From: Terriglobales bacterium
GTDB taxonomy: Bacteria; Acidobacteriota; Terriglobia; Terriglobales; Acidobacteriaceae
Reading direction: 5' to 3'
Assembly: GCA_035496875.1 (NCBI GenBank)
Contig: DATJEH010000219.1
Coordinates: forward strand, 3,791 to 67,790
DNA: 64,000 nucleotides
Made by a program: the position numbers and the translations under genes. Positions 20,362-30,237 of this stretch are shown here, piece by piece (the stretch's first letter is position 1; each line of letters begins with the position of its first letter). The notes beneath the pieces were generated by a model. That model did no database searches and was not told the DNA's origin. It saw only the letters and a program-made list of their open reading frames with translations.

Positions 20362-22020
20362 TTACCCCGTGAACTGCAGCTCAACCACAGTACAGTCGTC
20401 GGCCAGAGGCGTGCCGGCGCAGAAGGCGTCAACGGCGGCGAATATCTGGTCAAACGAACTGTGAGCGGCGATTTCCTGCAGACGCGAATCCTCGAAGAAC
20501 TCGCCGTGCGCGTTCTCCGCTTCGGTAACTCCGTCAGTCACCAGCAGCAGGCGATCGCCGCGCCCCAACTTGCATACCCCGCCCTGGTACCCGGCATCGG
20601 CGAGCAGGCCGACGGGAACATTGGAAACCTCGGGCCGCATGACGCAGCCGTTGCTGATTAAAAGCGGCGGCACGTGACCGCAATTGACGTATTCCAAACT
20701 GCCGTTGCTGTTGAGCCGCACAATGACCACCGTAGCGTATTTTTCGCCGATATGCTTCTGACAGAAGAAGCGATTGACGGCGCTCGCAATCTCCGGCAGG
20801 GGCATACGCGCCACCAGGTGGGAGTAAACCATGCCCTGCAGAGTGGAGGCCAGCAGGGCAGCGGTAATTCCCTTCCCGCAGACGTCGGCGACCACCACCG
20901 ACAGGTCATCCCCGGTGCGTACGGCGTCGAAAAAATCACCGCCGATTTCTTTGCAGGAAATGTTGCGCGCGCGCAGCGCGGCAAAGGACACTTCCGGGAT
21001 GGTGACCGCCATCAAGCCCTGCTGGATAGTGGCGGCAATGGCCATCTGCTGCTGATTGCGACGGTTGGCTTCCTCGGCTTCTGCGAGGCGGGCATTCTCC
21101 ACCAGGGCGGCGGCTTCGTGCGCGATGGCGTGCAGCACATCGTGGCCCACGCCGGAAAGGTTGCGCGAGGTATAGCGCGCGTCCAGGTAAAGCGCCCCCA
21201 CCACCGGGGACTGAACCCCGGCGGTATCTGTAACCCGGGCGGCCTGCACCTGCGTACGACGCAGCGGTATGCAGATCACGGTGCGCAGATCATAGGCTAT
21301 TACGCTGTTGCGCACCGCCATGTCGCTGGACTGGCTGGTATCGGACAGCACAAATTCGGAGTTGGAATGGATGGCGTCGTCCAGAATGGAATGGGAAATG
21401 GTCTTGTCATCCAGCAGCGCTGCCCCGGAGGAATTTCGTCCCGCCGCCAGGCGCAGTTTGCCACCCTCTTCCACCAGGAAAACGTAGCCCCGTTCGGCGC
21501 CGGTCAGGCGCAGCGTGGATTCGATGAGCGTGACCAGGATTTCGTCCAGTACACCGGTGGTGTTAAGTTTGCGCGCCGCCTCCAGGAATAAAGTCAGCTT
21601 CTCCAGGTCGGTGGTCTGGGTGGAAATGTGCAGGTCGGAAATTTGGCTCAGGAACTCGCGCGCCGTGCTGGTGCCGGGCTGCACCGGCTGGAACACCACG
21701 TACACCGTATCGCGGGCCCCGAACTCGATGCGGTCGTTGGGCTTAAGCTTCACCCGCTGCACGCGTTCGCCGTTCACGTAGGTGCCATGCTTGCTGCCCT
21801 GATCTACCACCGAAAACTCGCCACTTTCGGAAAGGATAACGGCGTGATCGCGGGAGGCTCGCGGATCGGCGATCACCAGATCCTTGTCCACCTTGCGGCC
21901 CACAGTAAACGGTGAATGGTCCAGGATAAGAGTGCGGGAGTCGTTGCCCTGTACCAACACAAGGGTGGGGAACGCCCCAGTTCCGGGTTCGGCGGCGGGA
22001 GTGGCGCTATGTAAAGCCAT
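20362..22020 (-). CDS. FHA-GAF-PP2C (SpoIIE-type) serine phosphatase
   Basis: FHA: FTVGRK...SRDHAVI...GSKHGTYVNG. Central GAF-like region. PP2C: GGDFFD ... VADVCGKG ... TDGVTEA. Confidence 0.85.
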   Translation of the reverse strand: MALHSATPAAEPGTGAFPTLVLVQGNDSRTLILDHSPFTVGRKVDKDLVIADPRASRDHAVILSESGEFSVVDQGSKHGTYVNGERVQRVKLKPNDRIEFGARDTVYVVFQPVQPGTSTAREFLSQISDLHISTQTTDLEKLTLFLEAARKLNTTGVLDEILVTLIESTLRLTGAERGYVFLVEEGGKLRLAAGRNSSGAALLDDKTISHSILDDAIHSNSEFVLSDTSQSSDMAVRNSVIAYDLRTVICIPLRRTQVQAARVTDTAGVQSPVVGALYLDARYTSRNLSGVGHDVLHAIAHEAAALVENARLAEAEEANRRNQQQMAIAATIQQGLMAVTIPEVSFAALRARNISCKEIGGDFFDAVRTGDDLSVVVADVCGKGITAALLASTLQGMVYSHLVARMPLPEIASAVNRFFCQKHIGEKYATVVIVRLNSNGSLEYVNCGHVPPLLISNGCVMRPEVSNVPVGLLADAGYQGGVCKLGRGDRLLLVTDGVTEAENAHGEFFEDSRLQEIAAHSSFDQIFAAVDAFCAGTPLADDCTVVELQFTG

Positions 22021-22142
22021 GATTATTTGGGTCGGGGGGTAGCTTTCCCGCTGGCCGTTACCCCGGAGAGGCGGGCTTTCTACCGCAGTGGTGGCAAAAG
22101 CCTAATCCCTGAGGGCGGAGAATTGCAAGGACGAACGCGCAG

Positions 22143-23489
22143 TCAGGACGGGGGCAGGGTGGGCCAGCGGCGAGCGGCGTCAATCCCCAGCAAGGCCATG
22201 ATGCCAAAAGGGATGAAGAGCGAGGTATAGAGGGGCAAAGTCCAACCGCGCTGCACCACCGAAGCGGGCTGAAAGTACCAGGCCGCGCTCAAATAAAGGG
22301 CGGAAAGCCACGGCCAGATGACCAGGGCCGCCATCAGCAGGTAAAGCAGCCGAGGCAACCGGCCCCGGCGGATCAGGCGGCGCCAGTCACGAAGCAGCAG
22401 GATCAGGGCGGGCAAGAGCAATAATTGGTTGTAGGGTGCCCAGGTGGGGATGACGAGCACAGTGATGGCTAAAGCCAAAGCCAGCAACAGACTGAAGGCG
22501 GAGGAGCCGGCGGGCGCCCGGCGCAGTCTCCAGGCCAGAAGCACCAGCGCGACGAGCAAGGCCGCAATCACGATCATGCCACCCAAAGGAGTGAGCAGGG
22601 TCTGCAGGATGGAGACACCGCCCGTGTACTGACGGTAGGCCGTCAGGGCGGCGAGGAATTTCCCTATCCAGCCGGGCAGAACCCACTCCGCGGCGCCGAT
22701 AAGGCAGGCCAGGGCCAGGCTGAAGCTGGCCAACAAGCGCCAGCGGCGGGTCCAATCGCCAATCACCCAGATAAGCAGGCAAATCAGCAGGGGAACGACC
22801 AACTGGGGCTTGATAGTGGAGAGCGCCAGCAGGAGTCCCGCCAGAGCGAGCCAGCCGGCGGCAAGGGCCGCCGCGGCGCCCGCCAGCAGAGCGCTGACCA
22901 GGACGGTCAGTTGCTGCAGCTTGATTCCCTGGGCGGCGGGAAAACTGCCCATCACCAGCAAGACGAAAACAGCTTTGCCGCTGCCCGAAAGGCGCCAGCT
23001 TAGGGCTTTGGCCCACAACAAAACGGTGGCCACAATGAGCCCGGCCAACACCCAGGTGAAAGCGGTTCGCACCAGCGAAAAATCCAGCTGAAGGAAGGGA
23101 GCCAACAGAAAGGCGACGTAAACGGGATAGGCAAATCCCTGCTGGTCTTTGGGATCGTAGCGGCGGGCGGGGTCCAGTTCCCTGCCGTAATAGCCGACCT
23201 GAATGTCGCGTGTGACCTGGGGGCTGTAAGGATCGCGGCCATGGAGCAGGAGTTCGCGGGCGCCCAGCCAGCGCGGGTACAAATCGGAAAGGTTGCCCCG
23301 GGGACGCCCGAAGCGAACCGCGTCCTCCTGCTGGTAAGGGATGAGCACCCCCTGCACGTAGAACCACATGCTGGCAGCGGCCAGCAGCGCCAGGGCAACG
23401 GCAAGGGGGCGAGCGCGGCGAACTGTTCTACGCCGCGGCGCGGTGTGGACCGTGGGACTCTCCGCATGTGCCTGCCTCGAAGCGGGCAT
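22143..23489 (-). CDS. polytopic membrane protein, GT-C-like (DUF2029/GT87-like) glycosyltransferase candidate
   Basis: More than 10 hydrophobic segments. STIKPQL motif shared with the divergent neighbour. Family call is an inference. Confidence 0.55.
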   Translation of the reverse strand: MPASRQAHAESPTVHTAPRRRTVRRARPLAVALALLAAASMWFYVQGVLIPYQQEDAVRFGRPRGNLSDLYPRWLGARELLLHGRDPYSPQVTRDIQVGYYGRELDPARRYDPKDQQGFAYPVYVAFLLAPFLQLDFSLVRTAFTWVLAGLIVATVLLWAKALSWRLSGSGKAVFVLLVMGSFPAAQGIKLQQLTVLVSALLAGAAAALAAGWLALAGLLLALSTIKPQLVVPLLICLLIWVIGDWTRRWRLLASFSLALACLIGAAEWVLPGWIGKFLAALTAYRQYTGGVSILQTLLTPLGGMIVIAALLVALVLLAWRLRRAPAGSSAFSLLLALALAITVLVIPTWAPYNQLLLLPALILLLRDWRRLIRRGRLPRLLYLLMAALVIWPWLSALYLSAAWYFQPASVVQRGWTLPLYTSLFIPFGIMALLGIDAARRWPTLPPS

Positions 23490-23544
23490 GAGAAAGTTTA
23501 ATCCGCTCCGACTCCCGCCCGTGTTACAAATTTATTCAATTTCC

Positions 23545-24492
23545 ATGTGGCGCCGCGTAGCCGTTTCCCTAGCCATCGGCATCAGCAGCGGAACGCTGTG
23601 CTGGGCCCTTATGCGCAATCTGAGCCTGGGCGCTGGCGATTTCACTCCGGCGCTGCGCGAGGCCCACCAGATGCTGGCGGGAGGCAACCCCTTCATTTTT
23701 GCTGCCCGGCATTACCCGGCCTATCCGCTTCCCGCCGCCATCCTTGGATTGCCCTTCCTATGGCTGAAGACAGAAATTGCAGCCGGCGCTTTCTTTGGCG
23801 CGAGCTCAGCCCTGCTGGCCTTTGGCCTGACGCGCGAGGGATACACCCGTCTGCTGGTTTTCCTGGCCTATCCCTATTGGGCGGCGATGCTGACGGTGCA
23901 GTGGGCGCCGCTGCTGATGGCCAGCGCCCTCCTGCCGTGGCTGCTGCCGGTCACGACCGCCAAGCCCCAGCTTGGCGCTTCTATTTTCCTGGCTTACCCG
24001 ACCCGCCGCGGCATAGTGGGATGCATTCTGCTGCTGGCGCTCAGCCTGATCCTGATGCCCCATTGGCCCCGGCAATGGCTGGCTTCGCTCGGCTTTTATG
24101 AACACTATGTTCCCCTGTTCGCCCCCGCGGGCCTGACTATGCTGCTGGCGGCATGGCGCCGGGAAGACCCCGACTCTCATCTGCTGCTGCTGAGCAGCGC
24201 CGCGCCCCAGCGCTGGTTCTATGACACCTTCATTCTCTGGCTCATCCCCAAGACGCGGCAGGAAATTCTAGCCACGGTGTTTCTCAGCTGGGGTGCGGGA
24301 CTCACCAGGTGGTATCACATGCCGCGTTCCTGGGATGAGGTTGGCGCCTGGACGGTGCTGTGGATCTATGTGCCGATGCTCACCGTTCTCCTGCTGCGCG
24401 CCACGGAAGCCGCACGGCGCGAGAGCGAAAGACAACAAATCGTGGCCGGGCCAATTCCGGCAGCCGATAAAGCAGCTGCCGCGGAGCGTTGA
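23545..24492 (+). CDS. polytopic membrane protein, paralogue-like of the divergent neighbour
   Basis: Multiple TM segments and a TTAKPQL motif. Start set at ATG 23545 to avoid overlapping the divergent gene. Confidence 0.5.
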   Translation: MWRRVAVSLAIGISSGTLCWALMRNLSLGAGDFTPALREAHQMLAGGNPFIFAARHYPAYPLPAAILGLPFLWLKTEIAAGAFFGASSALLAFGLTREGYTRLLVFLAYPYWAAMLTVQWAPLLMASALLPWLLPVTTAKPQLGASIFLAYPTRRGIVGCILLLALSLILMPHWPRQWLASLGFYEHYVPLFAPAGLTMLLAAWRREDPDSHLLLLSSAAPQRWFYDTFILWLIPKTRQEILATVFLSWGAGLTRWYHMPRSWDEVGAWTVLWIYVPMLTVLLLRATEAARRESERQQIVAGPIPAADKAAAAER

Positions 24493-24665
24493 GCGGCGGC
24501 TATCTCGCCAAATTGCATGTTCCAGAAAACGTTTGTTGATGGTTGCTGCCCCTGTGCCGCCTTATGAGGAAGGATGAGGCGGGACTGCATTCGCCATGGA
24601 AGCGAGGGTCGCAAGTAGCGAATCAGTTTTTGGTGTAAGCTAATGCCCGTTCGGGCCAGCCGTGG

Positions 24666-26330
24666 ATGTTTGCCATGAAGAACCGCAGGCGCGATCCCGC
24701 CAAGAGCAGCGCTGGCCGGCAACCCCGCCACCAGGACCATAAGCTGACGAACGCCTCGAAGAAGTCCTCCTCTGCGCGCGGGCTCCTAGGAAAGCAGGAA
24801 CCTTCTGCCAGTCAGGCGGGAATGGAGCTGGCGGCCATTGTCGAATCTTCCGACGATGCCATCTTGAGTAAGGACCTGAACGGGATCATACGAAGTTGGA
24901 ACAAGGGGGCGGAGCACATCTACGGCTACTCCGCGGCGGAGATGATCGGCAGGCATGTCTCCAGCCTGCTGCCACGCGACTATCCTGACGATACCCGCGA
25001 AATCATGGAGCGGCTGCGCCGGGGTGAGCGCCTGGAGCACTACGAGACCCTGCGCCAGGCGAAAGATGGAACCGTCCTGAGTGTCTCTCTGACGATTTCG
25101 CCGATTCGCGAGGAGAACGGAACCATCGTCGGGGCGTCCACGATTGCCCGCGACATCACCGACCGCAAGCGCTCAGAGCAGGAACTACGGCACAGCCGGC
25201 AGGCCCTGCAGGAAAGCGAATTGCGCTTCCGCTCTCTGGTGCAAAACTCTTCCGACATTATCACCGTCCTGGGGGCCGAGGGCGAGATTCGTTACGAGAG
25301 CCCATCCATCGAGCGCATCCTGGGTTACAAGCCCGAGAACCTGGTGGGAAAAAATGCTTTTGAGTTTGTGCACCCCGACGACCGTCCCCGGGTGGAGGCA
25401 ATTTTTCGGGAGCATTTGCCGATCCCGGGTTCGATTGCGCCCCTCGAACTGCGCTTCCGGCATAACGACGGCAACTGGCGCACCCTGGAGGCGACCGCCA
25501 ATAACCTGCTGCACGAGCCAGGGGTCGCGGGTATTGTGGTCAACTCGCGTGATATAAGCGAGCGCAAGCGCACGGAAGACGTGCTGCATGCCACGGAAAA
25601 ACTGGCCACCACGGGACGGCTGGCAGCGGCCATCGCGCACGAAATCAACAATCCTCTGGAAGGCGTCACCAACCTGCTCTATCTGCTGGAGAACCATGCT
25701 TCGCTCGATGCCACAGCCCGGCGCTATGCACGCATGGCGCAGGAAGAAGTGGCGCGCGTGGCCCGCATAGCCCGCCAGACCCTCGCCTTCTATCGTGAGC
25801 CCACCGTCCCGGTAGAGGTGGACCTTGCCGAACTGGTGCAGGGCCTGCTGGAACTGTACACACACAAATCGCAATCCCGGAGAGTCACCCTGGAAAAACG
25901 GCTGGAGGATTCGGCTCCGATTACGGCTTCACCGGGCGAACTCCGGCAGGTGCTCTCCAACCTCCTGGGCAATGCTCTGGACGCTGTACCAGAAGAGGGA
26001 GCGATCAAGGTACATGTGTTCCAATCCCGCGACTGGCGTCACCCCTGGCAGGAGGGAGTCCGCATTACCGTTGCCGATAACGGCCACGGCATTCGCCAAG
26101 AACATCGGCGCAGCATTTTCGATCCCTTCTTCACCACCAAGGGTGAAAAAGGAACCGGGCTGGGGCTATGGGTCAGCCACGGCATCGTGCAGAAATATGG
26201 TGGAAGCATTCATGTACACAGCAGTGTGCGACCCGGCCACAGCGGCACCTGCTTCTCCCTCTTCTTTCCCTACTTGACGGTAGGCGAAAGCCCACGTAAG
26301 CCGGTGAGCCGGGCGCGGTCGAAGGTGTAG
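24666..26330 (+). CDS. cytoplasmic PAS-PAS sensor histidine kinase
   Basis: Two PAS modules (IVESSDDAILSKD..., LVQNSSDIITVLG...), H-box AIAHEINNPL, N-box LLGNALDA, G-boxes DNGHGI and GTGLGLWV. Confidence 0.85.
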   Translation: MFAMKNRRRDPAKSSAGRQPRHQDHKLTNASKKSSSARGLLGKQEPSASQAGMELAAIVESSDDAILSKDLNGIIRSWNKGAEHIYGYSAAEMIGRHVSSLLPRDYPDDTREIMERLRRGERLEHYETLRQAKDGTVLSVSLTISPIREENGTIVGASTIARDITDRKRSEQELRHSRQALQESELRFRSLVQNSSDIITVLGAEGEIRYESPSIERILGYKPENLVGKNAFEFVHPDDRPRVEAIFREHLPIPGSIAPLELRFRHNDGNWRTLEATANNLLHEPGVAGIVVNSRDISERKRTEDVLHATEKLATTGRLAAAIAHEINNPLEGVTNLLYLLENHASLDATARRYARMAQEEVARVARIARQTLAFYREPTVPVEVDLAELVQGLLELYTHKSQSRRVTLEKRLEDSAPITASPGELRQVLSNLLGNALDAVPEEGAIKVHVFQSRDWRHPWQEGVRITVADNGHGIRQEHRRSIFDPFFTTKGEKGTGLGLWVSHGIVQKYGGSIHVHSSVRPGHSGTCFSLFFPYLTVGESPRKPVSRARSKV

Positions 26331-26567
26331 GAAAATTGAAGGATGACGTTTTTTTGGACCGCTCCACGCAAATTTCGCCATCTCGGACTTAGCCAGTAAG
26401 GACTCCGGAAGAGCTGCAAGGCCAGGAAGCTAGTGACGGTTGAGCATTTAGCCGGGTTAATTGGCCACAATTACCGTCGGCCATAGACCGCAGGCACATT
26501 TACCCTCCGCCCTCCCAACAGTAACCTATCTCCTCCGGCGCGAACTCCCCTGGCCTGGGTTCCCCAA

Positions 26568-27605
26568 TTGGAGCAAAGCTTAAAAATGGCAGAGGCGTTC
26601 GACCAACTATTACTGCCGGAACGCAAGCTGAACTGGCGCACGCTGGGCACCAGCTTTGTGACCCAAAGCCTGCTGCTTTTGTTCCTGGTGGAAGCCGGCT
26701 TGCTGCATCCGGAACGTCTGGCAATCGCAACACAACACCTGACATACACGCCGCTGGTGGAGAAAACAGCACAGCCGCAGCGGCAGGCGCCGCGGCTCAG
26801 GCTGCGCTTGCTCCCGGCGCCTCCGGCGAGCGCACGCCTGCGCGTGCCACGTGACGTTGAGCTTCGCGCGCCCAAGGCAGCGATGCTGGTGGCGCCCAGG
26901 GTGGTGTTCGCCGCGCCCAAATTAGCGCCGGCGCTGGTGCGGCCTGGGGGAGCCATGCCCGTCATCGTCCACACCGGAAGCTTCGCGGGCAGTTCCGCCA
27001 AGCCGACCATCCTCCGCCCGGTGGAGCGAGTACAAACCGGCGGATTTGGCGATCCCAACGGCGTGCCCGCCCAAGGGAAAGGCCAGGGAAAGCTGGTGAT
27101 GGCGAAAATGGGCGCGTTCGACATGCCCATGGGAGCGGGCGGCGGCAACGGAGCGGGGGGCAGCCGCGGTGCGCGCGGAACCATAGCCAGCGCCGGCTTT
27201 GGCGACGGCGTTGCCACTTCCGGAAAGGGAGACGGCCGCAACAGCGGCCGGGGCGATGTGCACGCCGGCGGCTTCGGCGATGCTGCGGCCCTGCATTCGG
27301 GCCCTCCGCAACGGGCGCTAGTGAGCGCCCCGGCGACCACTCCGGTTGAGATTTTGTCCAAACCCAAGCCGGTATATACGGAAGAAGCCAGGCGTTTGGG
27401 ATTGCAGGGCGAGATCCTGGTGCAGGTGCTATTTGGAGGCAACGGCCAGGCGCATGCGCTGCGGGTGGTGCGGGGATTGGGCCACGGGCTGGATGAGGCG
27501 GCGGTCAACGCTTCCAACCAGATTCGTTTCAAGCCGGCACAACAGAACGGACAGCCCGTGGACTCCACGGCGGTAGTCCACGTGGTGTTCGCGCTGGCGT
27601 ACTGA
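26568..27605 (+). CDS. TonB-family energy transducer
   Basis: N-terminal TM anchor, Pro/Ala/Gly-rich spacer, C-terminal PKPVYTEEARRLGLQGEILVQVLF...KPAQQNGQPV. Confidence 0.8.
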   Translation: MEQSLKMAEAFDQLLLPERKLNWRTLGTSFVTQSLLLLFLVEAGLLHPERLAIATQHLTYTPLVEKTAQPQRQAPRLRLRLLPAPPASARLRVPRDVELRAPKAAMLVAPRVVFAAPKLAPALVRPGGAMPVIVHTGSFAGSSAKPTILRPVERVQTGGFGDPNGVPAQGKGQGKLVMAKMGAFDMPMGAGGGNGAGGSRGARGTIASAGFGDGVATSGKGDGRNSGRGDVHAGGFGDAAALHSGPPQRALVSAPATTPVEILSKPKPVYTEEARRLGLQGEILVQVLFGGNGQAHALRVVRGLGHGLDEAAVNASNQIRFKPAQQNGQPVDSTAVVHVVFALAY

Positions 27606-27611
27606 AAGAGG

Positions 27612-29324
27612 ATGAATACGATGCGACTCACAAAATGGATTTTGGCCGTGGTGCTGGCGTGCTGCTGCGGCGTGTTTTCCCAGGAGAACCCTCAGGCGGT
27701 GGCCGCGCCGGTAACCATGGACCAGGTGGTGGACCGGGTGGTGGCCAGCGAGCAGACCCTGGTGAAGAATCTCGACAGCTACAGCCCCGTGGTGGAGACG
27801 TATTTTCAGGCCATGAAGCCGGACCCGCAGCTAGGCATGGTGCCGGCCGGAGACAAGTATTTCCTGGGCCGGCTGGACCTGATGCACGGCAACGAGGCCA
27901 GCTACCTGGGCACGTCCTCGCGGTTGAAGCGGTTTCTGGGCACGCTGACAGAGACCTACTCCTTGCGGCTGAACCCGGCGGGATTTGCCTGGATGATCTA
28001 TGCCGACCGCGATGAGTTTGACCGGCAACATTACGACTTCCATTATGTGCGGCGCGAATTTCTCGGGGACCTGCGCTGCCTGGTCTTCGATGTGCAGCCA
28101 AAGAAGAAGACCGGGGACGGCCGCTTCGTGGGACGCATCTGGGTTGAAGACCAGGCCTATAATATCGTCCGCCTGAACGGAACGTATTCCAACAATGGAA
28201 ACGGCAAGTACTATTTCCATTTTGACAGCTGGCGGCTGAATCTGCAGCCCGGAGTGTGGCTGCCGGCCTATGTGTACAGCGAAGAAAGCGACATGCACTA
28301 TGGAGTAGGCCGGGCGACCAGCTTCAAGGCGCAGACCCGGCTCTGGGGTTATAACCTGAAGCACGCGTCGCACGAATCGGAGCTCACACAGCTGACCGTG
28401 GATTCGCCGGATGTGCAGGACCAGAGCGCGGCGGCGCAGGATGCCACTCCAGTGCAGAGCGAGCGGTTGTGGGAACAGCAGGCGGAAAATAACGTGGTGG
28501 AACGTCTGCAACAGGCTGGACTGCTGGCGCCGCGGGGCGAAGTGGACACGGTTCTGGAAACGGTGATCAACAATCTGGTGGTCACCAACAACATCAACCT
28601 GCCCTGGCCGGTGCGCTGCCGGGTAATGCTGACCGAGCCGCTGGAGACATTCCATGTGGGACATACCATCGTGATCAGCCGCGGGCTGCTGGATGCTCTG
28701 CCGGACGAAGCCAGCCTGGCCATGGTGCTGAGCCACGAACTGGGCCACATCGTGCTAGGACACCAGACGGACACCAAGTTCGCATTCCTTGACCGCATGC
28801 TGTTTTCCGACCAGTACACCTACCAGCAGCTGGGATTTGCCCACAATGCCGCCGACGAAGCGGCAGCCGACAAGAAAGCAATGGAGTTGCTGCAGAGCTC
28901 GCCTTATAAGAGCAAACTGGCTAGCGCCGGGCTGTTCCTGAAGGCGTTGCAGGCGCGCTCGGCGGTGCTGCCGGCGCTGCTTACGCCTCACTTGGGGAAC
29001 CCTTTGGCGGCGCGCGATCGAATATTGCGCATGCCGGAACTGATGACTTCGGCGCCGGCTTTGGAGATGGGCAAACTAGACCAAGTGCCCGCTCTGGCGT
29101 TGGGCGGACGGGTTAAAGTGGACCCCTGGAGCGACCAGGCCGAACTGGTGAAATCACCCTCCGTCCCCCTGGCCTCGGTGCGTGAAAAGATGATTTTCGA
29201 AGTCACGCCCGTATTTCCTCACCTGGCACGGCAGGCGGAGGTTGGCGAGGTCAAGAGCGCGCCGCAAACACCGGTCCAACCGGACGGCACAACACCCGCC
29301 GCGCCAGTTAATCCACAGCAATAG
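27612..29324 (+). CDS. secreted HExxH zinc metallopeptidase (M48-like) with a large N-terminal domain
   Basis: Signal peptide WILAVVLACCCGVFSQ. HELGHIVLGH motif. Confidence 0.65.
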   Translation: MNTMRLTKWILAVVLACCCGVFSQENPQAVAAPVTMDQVVDRVVASEQTLVKNLDSYSPVVETYFQAMKPDPQLGMVPAGDKYFLGRLDLMHGNEASYLGTSSRLKRFLGTLTETYSLRLNPAGFAWMIYADRDEFDRQHYDFHYVRREFLGDLRCLVFDVQPKKKTGDGRFVGRIWVEDQAYNIVRLNGTYSNNGNGKYYFHFDSWRLNLQPGVWLPAYVYSEESDMHYGVGRATSFKAQTRLWGYNLKHASHESELTQLTVDSPDVQDQSAAAQDATPVQSERLWEQQAENNVVERLQQAGLLAPRGEVDTVLETVINNLVVTNNINLPWPVRCRVMLTEPLETFHVGHTIVISRGLLDALPDEASLAMVLSHELGHIVLGHQTDTKFAFLDRMLFSDQYTYQQLGFAHNAADEAAADKKAMELLQSSPYKSKLASAGLFLKALQARSAVLPALLTPHLGNPLAARDRILRMPELMTSAPALEMGKLDQVPALALGGRVKVDPWSDQAELVKSPSVPLASVREKMIFEVTPVFPHLARQAEVGEVKSAPQTPVQPDGTTPAAPVNPQQ

Positions 29325-29351
29325 CTTTTCCGCACAAGTTGCAGTAAGCGG

Positions 29352-29386
29352 GGCCGGGAGCGGGCCTGGAGTGAGGCCTCCCGGCC
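29352..29386 (+). terminator. GC-rich hairpin after the metallopeptidase gene
   Basis: GGCCGGGAG..GGCCT-GGAGTG-AGGCC-TCCCGGCC; weak T tail. Confidence 0.35.
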
Positions 29387-29515
29387 TTAGCCATTTCAGG
29401 GGGGCAGCACTCGGCCCCGGCAGGCAAACGCGGTCTGCTGCTTGCTAAGCCGCCTTTACACTTTTTTACAGTCCGCCAGGCACCCTCAGACATCCATAGG
29501 TAAGTAAGTGATTAC

Positions 29516-30232
29516 ATGCGGACGGCGGCAAAAACACGGCGGCGGCAGATCCTGGCGGCCGCTCTGCGGCTGTTTTCAAGGCAAGGCTTCGACGCCACCA
29601 CAACCCGGGCAATTGCCCAACTGGCGGGAGTCAACGAAGCTATCATTTTCCGGCATTTTACGTCTAAGGAAGAGCTGTACTGGGCGGTTTTGTCGGAACA
29701 GATGCAGGACCGAGAGCCTGCAGACCGGCTAAAGCGAAAATTGCGCTCCCCACGCCATACGCGACAGACAATCGCCGAGGCGGCGGAGACCCTGCTGCGA
29801 AGGGACGATCAGGATGTGGCCTTGACCCGCTTGCTGCTATTCAGCGCGCTTCGGCCGGGCGAATTTTCAGAAAAATTCATTCGTAGTTACATAGGGGAGT
29901 GCTTGACCCTGGTGTCAGAATACATTCGCGAAGGAGTGGAGAAGGGCTGGCTGCGGAACATAGACCCCATGGTGGGGGCCCGCGCTTTTATGGGAATGCT
30001 GGTTTACTACACCCTGCTGGAAGAACCCCTCAGCGCCGCCGGGCATCAAAACTATGATCCCCGCGAGCTAGGTCTGCAACTCGCCGATATATGGCTGAAT
30101 GGAGTTTCTGCCCGCCGGAGTAGCGCAGCGCGTGTGCGATCCAACGCTTCCGGGAAACGCGAGCCACGGGTTGCGGGAAACGGACGCGGCGGCGCTTCTC
30201 AGCCGACGCGAAACCACGTGGCCACAGCCTAA
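29516..30232 (+). CDS. TetR-family transcriptional repressor
   Basis: ILAAALRLFSRQGFDATTTRAIAQLAGVNEAIIFRHFTSKEELY HTH signature. Confidence 0.9.
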   Translation: MRTAAKTRRRQILAAALRLFSRQGFDATTTRAIAQLAGVNEAIIFRHFTSKEELYWAVLSEQMQDREPADRLKRKLRSPRHTRQTIAEAAETLLRRDDQDVALTRLLLFSALRPGEFSEKFIRSYIGECLTLVSEYIREGVEKGWLRNIDPMVGARAFMGMLVYYTLLEEPLSAAGHQNYDPRELGLQLADIWLNGVSARRSSAARVRSNASGKREPRVAGNGRGGASQPTRNHVATA

Positions 30233-30237
30233 GAGAT

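Noticed and set aside
23368-23544. Long 5' extension of the plus-strand membrane-protein ORF, overlapping the divergent gene.
   Set aside because: The extension is Arg/Ala-rich, overlaps the neighbour's N-terminal coding region, and the hydrophobic protein begins cleanly at ATG 23545.
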